Shown here piece after piece: positions 1 to 11,800 of a stretch of 38,180 nucleotides of DNA; within the stretch, counting starts at the first letter, position 1; each line of letters begins with the position of its first letter. The stretch is from an uncultured Clostridium sp. (GTDB lineage: Bacteria > Bacillota > Clostridia > TANB77 > CAG-508). The position numbers and the translations under genes are program-made. The notes under the pieces were generated by a model. That model saw only the letters and a program-made list of their open reading frames with translations. It had not been told where the DNA came from and did no database searches. The stretch covers positions 1-38,180 of the forward strand of contig CANSJB010000003.1 of assembly GCA_947647115.1 (NCBI GenBank), read 5' to 3'.

Positions 1-64
1 ATTTTTTATAAAATTTCCAAAAATATATTATTATTAAAACTACAAAATCAACTAATACTTCCAT
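1..64 (-). CDS. N-terminus of a membrane protein (possibly VanZ-like), runs off the window edge
   Basis: ATG at 64-62 preceded by GAGGAG RBS; translates MEVLVDFVVLIIIYFWKFYKK, open to the edge. Confidence 0.5.
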   Translation of the reverse strand, partial: MEVLVDFVVLIIIYFWKFYKK

Positions 65-92
65 CTTCTTTTCTCCTCAACAAATTACTTAT

Positions 93-157
93 ATTATGTT
101 TCGATTATATCATAAAGGACAAGTAATTTTCAACTTAATTACTTGCCCTACTTATTG
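93..157. repeat. 65-bp intergenic repeat, copy 1 (hairpin plus extended -10 on minus strand)
   Basis: 61/65 identical to 3645-3709; contains CAAGTAATT...AATTACTTG inverted repeat and minus-strand TGATATAAT. Confidence 0.9.
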
Positions 158-174
158 TAATTTGTCGCTAAAGT

Positions 175-483
175 TTATAATAAATTAATCCAATCTCTTC
201 TTCCATACATAAGCCTAACTATTTGTATACTATCACTTTTTATTCTATAAAAAATAATATAATTATCTACTACTAATTTTCGAATTTCAAGTTTCTTTAT
301 TAGGTCATCATCGATAATTGAATAGATTTTAGGATTGTGTTTTAAATTATTTATTTCTTTTCTTATTTTTGATATTAGTTTTTGTGCTGTTTCTGGTTCT
401 TGCAAATTATATTTTATATACTGCTTTATCCCTACTAAATCTTCTTTAGACTCTTTTGAATATTCTATATTGTATTTTTCCAC
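175..483 (-). CDS. RelE/ParE family toxin
   Basis: 102 aa, YNIEYSKESKEDL...YIIFYRI...IQIVRLMYGRRDW pattern; directly downstream of antitoxin; GTG start with AGGAAGG RBS. Confidence 0.85.
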   Translation of the reverse strand: MEKYNIEYSKESKEDLVGIKQYIKYNLQEPETAQKLISKIRKEINNLKHNPKIYSIIDDDLIKKLEIRKLVVDNYIIFYRIKSDSIQIVRLMYGRRDWINLL

Positions 484-498
484 AAATAAACCTTCCTT

Positions 499-753
499 TT
501 ATATTCTATCTAGTTCTTCATATACTTCTTTTTCAGAATATTTTTCTCCTTTGTCTAAAGATTTAATACCCTTCTCTAATTCTTTATATAGCATATATTT
601 ATCTGTTAAAAGCTCATATAATTCTATACTCATTACTGCTAAATCTCCTGCACCATTTTTAGTAATATATACTGGTCTTTTAGTTTGATGGCAAATTGTA
701 GAAATTTCATTATAATTATTTCTTAAATCAGAACTTGGTCTAATAATTGGCAT
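499..753 (-). CDS. Phd/YefM family antitoxin
   Basis: MPIIRPSSDLRNNYNEIS...PVYITKNG motif; GGAGG RBS before ATG at 753. Confidence 0.85.
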   Translation of the reverse strand: MPIIRPSSDLRNNYNEISTICHQTKRPVYITKNGAGDLAVMSIELYELLTDKYMLYKELEKGIKSLDKGEKYSEKEVYEELDRI

Positions 754-879
754 AATAAACACCTCCATTAATATTATATACATATTTTATCAAAGTATTG
801 ATATGTAGTCAATATTTTTTTATTAAGCCTGAACAAAAATTACTATAAATTTAACAAATTACAAAATTGTAATTTGTGT

Positions 880-1305
880 TTATCTTTTTTCTCTTATTTC
901 ATATTTTTCTCTAAATTTTAATATAATACTTGTAAAAACAAATATGAAAGTTAAAATAATAGTTAAAGGTTTTAATAATTCAAATATTTGTCCATCATAA
1001 CTCTTTGGATATAAATAATTCATTACTATATTGGCTACAAAAACGATGATTGTAATACTACTAAATATAATACATAAACTTGTAAATATGGTTTGAATTA
1101 TTTGCATTTTTCTTTCAATTCTTTCTTCGCTCTGTTTCAATTTTATAAAGTTTTCTTCTGCTTTTTGATTGTAATTTTCCGTTTTAATCATCTCCCCACT
1201 TAACAATTCATTTACAGTAATATCAAGTTCATTACACAATTCAAGCATTATAGAAGAATCAGGCATACCTTTTCCTGTTTCCCATTTTGATACAAATGGT
1301 GTCAA
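880..1305 (-). pseudogene. Xre-family HTH regulator with C-terminal TM helices, N-terminally truncated
   Basis: Begins at VSKWETGKGMPD...LCNELDITVNELLSGE, the second half of an HTH_3 domain; first helices and RBS are absent. Confidence 0.7.
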
Positions 1306-1335
1306 ATAATGTCATTTATATAGAGATAATTTATC

Positions 1336-1500
1336 TTATTTTGCATTTTGTATTAAAAAATTATATTTACTTGCATGTCTTAATTCATCTGTCATAATAG
1401 ACATTGAATCCAATGGATAACCTAGATTTCTTTTTTCACAAGGTTTGTCTACGAAATAGAAGTGGCTTTTGCTCCAACTATATTCTTTTACTAATGACAT
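1336..1500 (-). CDS. Short hypothetical ORF, probably a gene fragment (54 aa)
   Basis: Strong AAGGAGG RBS before ATG at 1500 (MSLVKEYSW...); ends just before the truncated HTH gene. Confidence 0.45.
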   Translation of the reverse strand: MSLVKEYSWSKSHFYFVDKPCEKRNLGYPLDSMSIMTDELRHASKYNFLIQNAK

Positions 1501-1511
1501 AATATACCTCC

Positions 1512-2387
1512 TTAATTTGCTTGTTTCCATAGCATTTTATTATTTTTAAATTCATAACTTAATTTGTTTTCATCAGACAAATATGATAGATATGACCTTA
1601 TTGTACTCCCTACAAGAACATACTGATTTCCATTCATTGTCAAATTATATTCATCAAAAATATATTTTAATATTTCTTCAAAAGTTATTTCATTTTTACA
1701 AACCATATATATTTTATTCATAATTTCATTTACTTTACTTTTATTAAGTTCTATTAAAGAAGAAATATCACTTGTTGCCTCACAATGTGATGGAATATAT
1801 AAACTACCCTCTAAAGTATTTAAATAATCTAAAGTATTAAGGAACTCTCTAATATCATATATAAAGAATAAATGATATTTTGTGATTGTTTCTTCACTAA
1901 ATAAAGAATCTGCTAAAAAGTACACATTATCACTTGTTTTAACTCCTATCATATCAAAAAAATGTCCTTTTAAAATAAAATATTCTAATCCATTTGGTAG
2001 ATTATTCTCTAGTGGTGTAACAACTGATTCTTTTGCTAATAAAAATTTATTTCTAATGTCTTTAAATGGATAACCTCCATATAAAAAAGATGATTCTAAA
2101 ATTGGATATTCTGTAAAACTCTTTTCAACATTGTAAGCTAAAATTTCACAATTAGTTCTATCTTGAATAATTTTGTTTCCTCCAATATGGTCTGCATTTG
2201 AATGCGTATTAATAATTCCTTTAACATTCCAACCTTGTTCATCAATAATCTTTAACACTTTCTTTCCTGCATCTTTGTCATTTCCAGTATCTATAAGATA
2301 AACTTGTGTTTTGTCAATTTTGTAAATACCAATATTGGTAGCATTTTTTATATAATAAGTTTTTTCTCCAACTTTTACTAATTCCAT
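1512..2387 (-). CDS. MBL-fold metallo-hydrolase
   Basis: LIDTG and THSNADHIGG (HxxxDH variant), GH, PSH motifs. Confidence 0.9.
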   Translation of the reverse strand: MELVKVGEKTYYIKNATNIGIYKIDKTQVYLIDTGNDKDAGKKVLKIIDEQGWNVKGIINTHSNADHIGGNKIIQDRTNCEILAYNVEKSFTEYPILESSFLYGGYPFKDIRNKFLLAKESVVTPLENNLPNGLEYFILKGHFFDMIGVKTSDNVYFLADSLFSEETITKYHLFFIYDIREFLNTLDYLNTLEGSLYIPSHCEATSDISSLIELNKSKVNEIMNKIYMVCKNEITFEEILKYIFDEYNLTMNGNQYVLVGSTIRSYLSYLSDENKLSYEFKNNKMLWKQAN

Positions 2388-2422
2388 AAATAAAATCCTC
2401 CCTACAACTTACTTGTTGTCAC

Positions 2423-3469
2423 TTAGATGTTATTCAGATTTTTTGTTTCAGTTAATAATTCATCAAAATCCGAAATATAATTTTTATCTTGTATGACTCT
2501 ATATTTTTCAAATTCTGTTTCGGCATGTAATTTTGCCATTTCAGCTGATATTTTTCCATTATCTTGCAAAATATTATGATCCCATAGTGTTAAGAAGCCA
2601 TTTAATCGTTCTTCCCAGTCTGCCATTGTCATTGGGATATGTCTTATTGCTTGCATTTCTGCTAAATCTAAATATGCTGAAACTAATCTTTCAAGTTGTC
2701 CAATTTCAGTTTCTGATAAGTAATTTTTTGCAATAACTACATCATATTTATGTATTTTGCTGCTTGGTGCTCCATTCCAAGATGTTAGTCCCATATTTTC
2801 TTTTTTATGGTCTGCTCTATTATAAATGACTTCTGCTGCTGTGTTTCCTGAAACAGCATAGTGTAATTTATTTTGAACAGAAGTAAAAAATCTAATTGTT
2901 GATTTTGCAGTTTTATCATAATCTATTGAGGTGACATAAATATCAGTAATCTTTTGATAAAATTTTCTTTCTGATATTCTTATTTCTCTTATTCTCTCTA
3001 ACTGTTCTTCAAAATATTTTTCAGTTAAAATTGAGCCTCCATTTTTCAAACGTTCATCATCCATTACCCAACCTTTTATAGTATAAGCCTTAACTATCTG
3101 ATTAGCCCATTTTCTAAACTGAATTGCTTTTTCATTATCCACTTTAAAGCCAATTGCAATTATCATTTGCAAATTATAATGAGCAATATTTCTTGAAACT
3201 TCTCTATTTCCTTCTTTTTGAACTATTCGAAAATTTCGAATAGTTGAATCTTCGATTAACTCTTTATCTTCATATATTTTCTTTATATGATAATTTATTG
3301 TATTTAATTCAATACCATAAACAATAGCCAACATCTTTTGTGTTAGCCAAATATTTTCATCTTCATATCTAACTTCTATTGCCTCTGGATTATCTCCAGT
3401 TGCTGCTATATATGTTAAGTATTCCGCTGTACTCGAACGAATAAGACTATCTTCCTTGTTTTTCTTCAA
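2423..3469 (-). CDS. RhuM (virulence RhuM) family protein
   Basis: RSSTAEYLTY, ENIWLTQK, YNLQMIIAIGFKV, IREIRISERKFYQKITDIY motifs. Confidence 0.9.
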   Translation of the reverse strand: MKKNKEDSLIRSSTAEYLTYIAATGDNPEAIEVRYEDENIWLTQKMLAIVYGIELNTINYHIKKIYEDKELIEDSTIRNFRIVQKEGNREVSRNIAHYNLQMIIAIGFKVDNEKAIQFRKWANQIVKAYTIKGWVMDDERLKNGGSILTEKYFEEQLERIREIRISERKFYQKITDIYVTSIDYDKTAKSTIRFFTSVQNKLHYAVSGNTAAEVIYNRADHKKENMGLTSWNGAPSSKIHKYDVVIAKNYLSETEIGQLERLVSAYLDLAEMQAIRHIPMTMADWEERLNGFLTLWDHNILQDNGKISAEMAKLHAETEFEKYRVIQDKNYISDFDELLTETKNLNNI

Positions 3470-3644
3470 ATAAATCTCTCCAATCTATATTTTTTAGAAC
3501 TATTGTTTGTATTTTATAACATAAAAATTGATATGTCAACAATTTTAGTAAAATTTATCTAAACTAGTTTCGAGGTGAATATTTTACATTTATCAATAGC
3601 CATACTGACATCTTCTGCTACTTAACCTCAGCGACAACTTACTA

Positions 3645-3709
3645 ATTATGTTTCAATTATATCATAAAAGACAAGTAACTTTCAATTTAATTACTTGCCC
3701 TACTTATTG
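3645..3709. repeat. 65-bp intergenic repeat, copy 2
   Basis: 61/65 identical to 93-157. Confidence 0.9.
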
Positions 3710-3722
3710 ACTAATTTATGTA

Positions 3723-3812
3723 TTACTTTATCTTCTTGATGGGATGTCTTATAACTGTCTTTAATTTACTTACATCACATTTCCTTGGGTCACTTAAATA
3801 TATTTCATAGTG
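3723..3812 (-). pseudogene. C-terminal remnant of a GyrI-like small-molecule-binding protein, fused in frame to the PBP
   Basis: HYEIYLSDPRKCDVSKLKTVIRHPIKK resembles the HHEIYLSDPR...KLKTVIRHP tail of Firmicute GyrI-like proteins. Confidence 0.7.
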
Positions 3813-5715
3813 TGTTGTTAAAATATACCACACACCTCCTTGGTGCCCTCCCTCTCCTGTGGGATTATATAAGGTAACTAATACTACCAATTTAGGATCT
3901 GATATTGGTGCTACTCCCATAAAAGAGGTAACATATTTATTGGTATTTACACCATCTTCTGAAGTTCCTGTTTTTCCACCTACTCTATATCCTGCTACTT
4001 GTGCATTTTTACCAGTTCCGCTGTGCTACTACTGATTCCATCATACTTAATACTTCTTGTGCATGTTCCTCATCAATTACCCTTTGCCCTGTTTTTACTG
4101 GTATTTTTGTAATTTCTCCGTGTTTGACTATTTATAATTTCTTTAACAACTCTAGGTGTAATTTTTATGCCTCCGATTTGCAATAGTGCCTACTGCTGCT
4201 ACTAATTGTATTGGTGTAATTTCAAATCTTTGCCCAAAAGAAATAGTGGCTAATTCTACAGGTCCTACTTTTTCTTCTTTTAGAAAAATGCTGCTTGCCT
4301 CTCCGTGGTAAGTCGATTCCTGTTTTTGTTAATAAACCAAACCTTTCTAAGTATTGGTAATAGGTATGTACTCCTATCTTTTGACCTAGCCCTATAAATA
4401 CTGGGTTACAAGAATTCATCAAAGCTTCTCTTAAACTTTGTGAGCCATGTGGTCTATAATGTCTCCAACATTTAATTCTAACACCTGCAATTTCAATGCT
4501 TCCAGAACAGTTAAATTGTGCTTGTTTATCTGGTTGAGCAATCCCTTCTTGTAATGCTGCAGAGGTAGTTACTAACTTAAAAGTAGAGCCTGGCTCATAG
4601 GTGTCTGTTACTGCTTTATTTCTCCAAAGTGACATCATAGTTTTATTTTTATCTGTTTGTGACATAGAATCCCAATTTTGTTTTAGTTCTTCTGTACTTG
4701 GTTCAAATGGGGAATTTAGGTTATAATTTGGATAACCTGCCATGGCTAAAACATCTCCTGTTTTTGGATCCATTACAATAATATTACCACCATCTGTACA
4801 TTTATTATCAATACAAGCCTGAGTCAAGTATTTTTCAGCAATTCCTTGAATAGTACTATCTATGGTAAGTACTAAGTCATTTCCATCAATGGCAGGTACA
4901 TAATTTTCTGCTGTGTTTTCAATATCGCCTCCTCTGGCATCTGTTAGTTTTTGTATTTTCCCTTTTTGCCCTTTTAGTTCTTTATCGTAAACTGCTTCTA
5001 TTCCGTCTAGCCCTTGATTATCACTTCCTGAAAAACCAATTACTTGAGATGCTAGAGTATTGTATGGATAATAACGTTTGGTATCTTCATCTATGTTTAC
5101 TCCTTTTTTGATATTGTTTTCTTTTAACCATTTTCTTAGTTCATTTGATTTTTCTTTATCTACTTTTTTTGCTATAGTTTCTATGGAACTTCTTTTACTT
5201 ACTTTTTTTAGAGTTGTTTCATAGTCTAAATCAAAAATACTACTTAAAGCTTTTGCTACTTTTTCTTTGTCTTCTTTTGCAATGTTTACAGGATTTACCG
5301 TTATTGTCTCTACTGTACTACTAACAGCTAGTATCGTTTTTTTAGTTGCATCATAAATGGTACCTCTTTTTGGGTTAATGCTTCTATCTAAAGTTTGTTG
5401 TACATATGCCATTGCTTGCAGTTTTGCTCCCATCCCAAATTGTATCCAACCAATTCTAACAATTAATACAAATAAAATGAGCCATAACACTATAATTTCA
5501 TTTCTCATTCTCTTTTTTCTAGCTATATTCCCTGTCTTTTCTTCTATTTTTACTTTTTTATTTTTCATTTCCTGTTTAAATTTCTTTTTTTGTCCTTTTT
5601 CAAATAGCTTTTTTTCTTTTTGTAGATTAATGGTTTCTTCTTTTTTCTTCTTTTTCCATTTTAGTAAACTAGTTTTATTCATAACTTGACGAAAAGTGCT
5701 TTGAGAAGATTTCAT
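3723..5715 (-). CDS. Class B penicillin-binding protein (FtsI/SpoVD-like); four +1 CGGA recoding sites; native C-terminus replaced after about 3831
   Basis: PKRGTIYD, KRYYP, EPGSTFK (SxxK), SCN (SxN); KTG reached only after +1 shifts at 4305, 4175, 4120 and 4020; reconstructed 662 aa; downstream of mraZ-rsmH-ftsL. Confidence 0.85.
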
Positions 5716-5802
5716 AACGTTTTTCTCCTATCCTTTTGCTTATTTATTCTTGTTTCTATTTTATTCGATTTGTTAGAAAAAATACTAAAATGTTTTTATA
5801 AT

Positions 5803-5842
5803 AAAAAATGGAAAAGAAACTTTTTTCTTTTCCACTTTTTTT
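5803..5842 (-). terminator. Probable intrinsic terminator after the giant protease gene
   Basis: TGGAAAAGAAA / TTTCTTTTCCA inverted repeat flanked by A/T runs. Confidence 0.6.
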
Positions 5843-5843
5843 A

Positions 5844-8800
5844 TTATTTTAGTCCTAAATGAATTATTTGTGATATTTCTTGTATATTGTCTAAATCCCA
5901 AATTGCTTCATTTAAGTGCAATATATTGGTATAAAATTGTTTTGTTAATAACTCTGCTTTTGTAGCTTCTTTAATATGAATACCATTGCTATTGGACTTA
6001 CCTGCTGCCTCTGCATTTTCATAACAGTTTTGGAATAGTGTACTTATGATATCTTGGTCTGCTGGAATAAACTTACTTGTAAGTGCCTCTTGATTTGCAA
6101 TTGATGCTGAATCAACAACACTTAAATTACCTTCTATTTCAGCAATAAAGCCACTATTGGTAATTGCTTTTTGTTCTTTTAGGCTAGTTGCATCATTACA
6201 TGTTACTTTAACATTTGCAATTACTTTTTCGATGGTTACATCTCCTGCTACTTTTGCTATAATACCTGCATTTTTTCTTCCTGCTGCTTTAATTTCTCCT
6301 TGTACATAGCAATTTTTAATACTTCCGCCTGTTTTGTTTGTAATAAATGCTGTCATGTTATTTCCTAAAGCCATTGCTTCACTATAATACATTCCTTCTA
6401 AATAAGCATTTGTAACACTAATATTTTCATAAGTAGAGTTTTCATCTTCTACTGCTACTACTGCGATTGCACTATTTCCATACATAACAATATCATTAAA
6501 TTTCATATTAGAGAAAGTAGCACCTACCGCTTTTCTAGCAAAAATTGCTTTTTGTGTTCTAAATTTATTAGTTTCTCCTAAGCTATATTTTTCAATGTTT
6601 AGTCCATCTACTTTACCTTCAAATTGTTCAAATAATATGGCATCTTTTAAATTGCTAATTTTATGGTTATTTCCTTGAATCTCACCATAGAATGTTCCTG
6701 GTATTACAATAACATTATCTAAAACATTATATTTTTTTGAACTAAAGTCTAAGTCTTCTTGTATACTAAAGGTTGCTTCTGGATGTGCTTTTAGCAAGCT
6801 TATAAATTCATCTACTGTATGAATTTCATAATTTTTTATTTCTCCTATTTTAATAGCTTCATTTGGATCTGCATTTTTTAGTTTTGGAGTAGCACCTAGT
6901 ATTACACCTGTAAAGTCCCAAATATTTAAATCCCAACCTAATGTATTACTATAGAAATCTACACTTGCAATTTCTTGCTGTGTTGCTACTTTGATTTTTC
7001 CTTCAAAATCAATTCCTTCTCTTGTTAATGTTGAAATACCTGTATTGTTTTCATATTCATAGTTGCCTTCGTAATTTTCAAATTGTTCTGCTACAGTTCT
7101 ACCATCAAATTTATATTGATTGTACTGGTCAGCAAATGTAATATTATTTTTTATGTTAGAGCCTTGTGATACTCCAATTAGACTTGCTCCCCCTCTTTTA
7201 GCATTTACTGTTGCAATACTAAAGCAATTTGCAATTGTAGAGTCTCCTACATTTCCTACTAAGCCACCTACATCTACATTTCCTATACTAGAACCTGCTG
7301 AATAACAATTTTGAATAGTGCTTTGGTTAATCAGTGAACCTGCAATTCCTCCACAAGCAGTTCCAGTTGCCATTGTTGTAATATTACTACTACACTCTTC
7401 TAGGCTTGAAAATCCTACATATCCTGCAATTCCACCTACTCTATTTGTACCAGAGATTTCTCCTCCTAATAGGTGCACATTTTTCATGTTTGCATAAGTT
7501 ACAATACCAAATAAGCCACCTACATTTTCATTTGTTGATACTACTTTACTATTTTTTGCTATGACATTTTCTATGTCTACATATTGTGCTTGGTTTGCAA
7601 ACGCACCACTATTTACTTGATTTGCTGTAATCTCACTGTTTTCTAAATTTAAGTTGGTAATTTTAGCTCCATTTAATTTTGTGAAAATTGGTACTTTATT
7701 TCCAGTTAAAGTATGATGATTTCCTTCTAATTTACCTGCAAATTCTACCTCTATCACTGCTTTTGTAGAAACTGTAGATAAATCAAGGTCATTTTCTAAC
7801 ACAATAATTGCATCTGGATGTTCTTTTATTTGTGTTTGGAATTCTTCTTGTGTTGTAACATGATATTTTTCTTCTAATGCCATTTCACTATTTGGGTCTA
7901 AATTTCTTAATTTTGGTAGTTTTTCATTTGCTAAATCTTCTAAATTCCAAATGGTATCTTCCCAACCTAGTGTTTGTGTATAGAAGTTTTTGTTTCTTAC
8001 TTCTTCCTTAGTTGCTATTTTTATTTTTTCTGTAAAGTCAACATCTGTTCTAGTTAAAGTAGATTTTCCAGCACTTGCTTCTGCTTCATAATTATTTGCA
8101 AAGTTTGCAAATCTATTACTTGCTGTTCTACCATCAAATTTGTATCCTACTGCTTGGTTTGCAAAAGTTATATTATTTTGAATAGTAGCATTATTGGCTG
8201 TTTGACCCACAAAACTTGAGATTCCTGTATTTCCTTTTGCTTTGCAATTACTAAAACAATTTTTAATAGAAGCGTTATTTACATAACCTACAAATCCGCC
8301 AATATCTTGATTTCCTTGTACAGTTCCAATTGCATAACAATCTTGAATGATGGTATTACTATAAATTTCTCCTATGAAGCCTCCACAAGCATTTCCAGTT
8401 CCTGTTACGGTTCCATTCGTACTACATTGCATGATATTGCATGCTCCTGCATATCCTGCAAGTGTTCCTACTCTTTTTGTTCCAGAAATGTTTGCTTCTA
8501 TTACATGAACATTTTTCATGCTCGTATAAGCCATACTTCCTATTAGTCCTCCAATTTGTTCATTGGTTGTCACAATCGAAATATCTTTTGCTATTATATT
8601 TTCTAATTTTGCATATTGTGCTGCTTTGCTAAGTGCTCCTATGACTTTTTCACTCGTTTGTATCGAAGTTCCCTCTAGTATTAAGTCAAAGATTTGGCTG
8701 CTATTTAATCTTTGGAAAATTGGTAGTTTGTTTCCTCTTAAAGTGTGGTTATTTCCTTTGATTTTTCCTATAAATTCTACCTCTATGATAGCATTTGTTC

Positions 8801-11800
8801 CTTCTACAGAAGATAAATCAATGTCATTTTCTATGATAAAGGTTGCCCCTGGATGTGCTGTAATTTGTTCTACCAATTCTTGTGCATTAGTAATATGATA
8901 AATTTCTTCCATATTTACATAGTCATTTGGGTCTGCATTTTTTAATTTCGGTACTCCTTTATTTGCTAATCTGCTAAAGTCCCAAATACTATCTTTCCAG
9001 CCTAATACATTGGTATAGAAACTTTTACTTGCTACTTCTTCCCTTGTTGCTACTTCTATTTTTCCTGTAAAGTCAATTCCTGCTCTTGTTAAAGTAGATT
9101 GACCAATGTTTTCATAATTTTCGTAGTTATTAGCAAAGTTTGTAAATTTATTATTGGCTGTTCTACCATCAAATTTGTAACCACCTACTTGGTTTACTAA
9201 TGTGATATTGTTTTTAATATTAGAGTTATTAATCGTTTGACCTACAAAGCTTGCTACTCCTGCATTTCCTTTTGCCTTACACATACTAAAGCAATTGCTT
9301 ATCGTAGTGCTATTTACATATCCAATAAAGCCTCCAATATCTTGATTTCCTTGTACTTCTCCCATAGAATAGCAATTTTGAATTGTTGTTTTGTTAATTA
9401 CTTCTCCAATAAAGCCTCCACAAGCATTTCCTGTTGCTACTGCTTTTCCATTTGTTGTACTTTCTTCTATTTGGCTTTGCCCTACATAACCTGCAAGCAG
9501 ACCTACCCTTGTTGTACCAGATACGGTGCCCTCTATGATATGTGTATTTTTTACATAGCTACTAGCTAAGCTTCCTGCTAATCCACCAATTTGTTTATTG
9601 GTAGCTGTTACTTTAATATTTTTGCCCATTACATTTTCTATTTCACTATAGGAAATTGTTTTGGCCAGTGCTCCTGTATCTGCTAAACTACTTGTAATAT
9701 TAGCATTTTCTATGTTTAGGTTTGAAATATGAGCAAATTTGATATTAGCAAAAATTGGTCGGGTATTTCCTATTAATTTATGTCCTTTTCCATCTAGTTT
9801 TCCCATAAAGGTATTACTAATAATTGCATTTCCTTCTGTTATTTTACTTAAGTCAATGTCATTTTCTAAGGTGTAATAACCATAAGGATTTTTATTTATT
9901 TTTTCTTGTAGTTCTTCTGCTGTTGTAATTGGAATAATAGTAATATTTCCATTTAATACTTCTTGTCTAAAGTCATTTGTTACACGTTTTAAATAATGAT
10001 AATTTCTTCTTCTTACATTGGTGCTATTGGTTACACTTCTATCACTATTTGCCGCGTCTAACTTTAGGGATTCTACATACTTTTCTTCTAGGCTAGTAGA
10101 GTCAACATACGGAATTGTATTTAAACTATTTTCCATTAAGTCATAACGTCCTAGTTTGAATTTTTTCCAAGTCATGGTTGGATCTTTGGTTACTTTTTGA
10201 ATGGCATCTAAGTCAGTTCTACTTCTTCCACTAAAATAGGTAATATATCCTCCATCATATCCTCCAATTCCTAGCATTTGCCATGCAGTATAGGTAAAAC
10301 CATAAGTATGGGTTCTACCATTATCATTATGTGGTTGATACCAACGTCTAATATACATATTTTCATAACCATATTGCCCAATTGCAGTTTGGGTAGAAGT
10401 TCCTGTTACTCCTGGTCTAATGGTAATTTTGTTGTTGTAAATATCTTCAATAGTTTTTAAGTTCATTGCTTCAAAGTCTTCTTTGGTTAGTACTCTCCAA
10501 CCTGTTGTACCACTCTTGTCTGGATAAAAGACTTGTACTGCCACTTTTGATTGTTCTTCTGGTGTTAATTTTAGGAAAGCTTTTGCTTCTACATAGTCTA
10601 AATAGTCAATTGCTTCAAACATTCCTTTATAGTAACTTGCAATTTTTTCACTACTATTAATTCTTTCTGTCGTTAAGTTTGTAGTAACTAATTGTTCTGG
10701 TGAATAATTAAAACATAAATTGAAGTTAACGCCACCATCTCCTGTACCTTGCGAAGTATTTCCATCTGTATAGTCTTCTCCTCCTGATCCTCCTGTATTA
10801 TTCCCCCCTCCAATTGGTCTAAAACCACTATTTTTGAAAAATACACTGTTTACTTGGTTGTGTCCTGTCTCATGGGTCCAGCCACGCGTAAAGGTTGTTA
10901 AGGCATGATCTACTACCCAAAATACTCTGTTTGAACCAGCATATGCTGATACTGCTCCAATCATAGACCATTCATTTAGCATTTCATTTACTCCTTTATG
11001 GAAAGGGTCATTTGTTTTTCCATTAGATTGTTCTCCTAAGCCTGGTAAGAATCTTGTATCTATTTGTACATCGCAAACTCTATTCAAATAGCTACTATCA
11101 ATAAAGCCAAGTGCTGTTGCATAAAAGTTTGCCATATTATCTCCAAAATCTTGCATTTTTTTCAAGGTTGCTGCTTGTTGTGCCTCATTTTCTGGGTCTG
11201 ACATATACACTCTTACAGAACCAATGGCAAAAGTTGTTGGAGCAGACACGATATATCCTGCATTTTTTGGTAAGGTTAGCATTGGTAAAATAAAACTTGG
11301 TTGTTTTTTTAGTTGAGTCCATGCACGGTAATCTGCTGTATCTTCATAGCCTTTTGCAGGTGACTCTGTAATAAGCCCATTAAAGTTTTCAAAAAACCAA
11401 TCATTTGGGTCTTCATAATCTGTTAATATTTTAATATTTTGTTCAACAAATGCTCCTATATTTTCTATATTAACACGTGGACCTAAGTTATCTCTGTAAA
11501 ATTGATAACATACATGACTATTTTTCCACTTACTATTCCAAAATTCTGTTATAAAAGAATCTACGGTAGCATTTTTTCTAAATAAGTCACCTCTAAATAG
11601 CATTACATCACATACATTAGTTCCTTCCATTTCAATTCCATACATACGTCTATAATAGTTATAAGCAAATAGAAGTCTTTTCATCTGATTATTGTTTAGT
11701 TTATTTCTTGTAATCGTATTTAAAACTTCATTTTCTTGTGTAATACAATATCCTTTACTATTTGCTATGTAATTTATTATAAATTCTGTTGCCATTTCTT

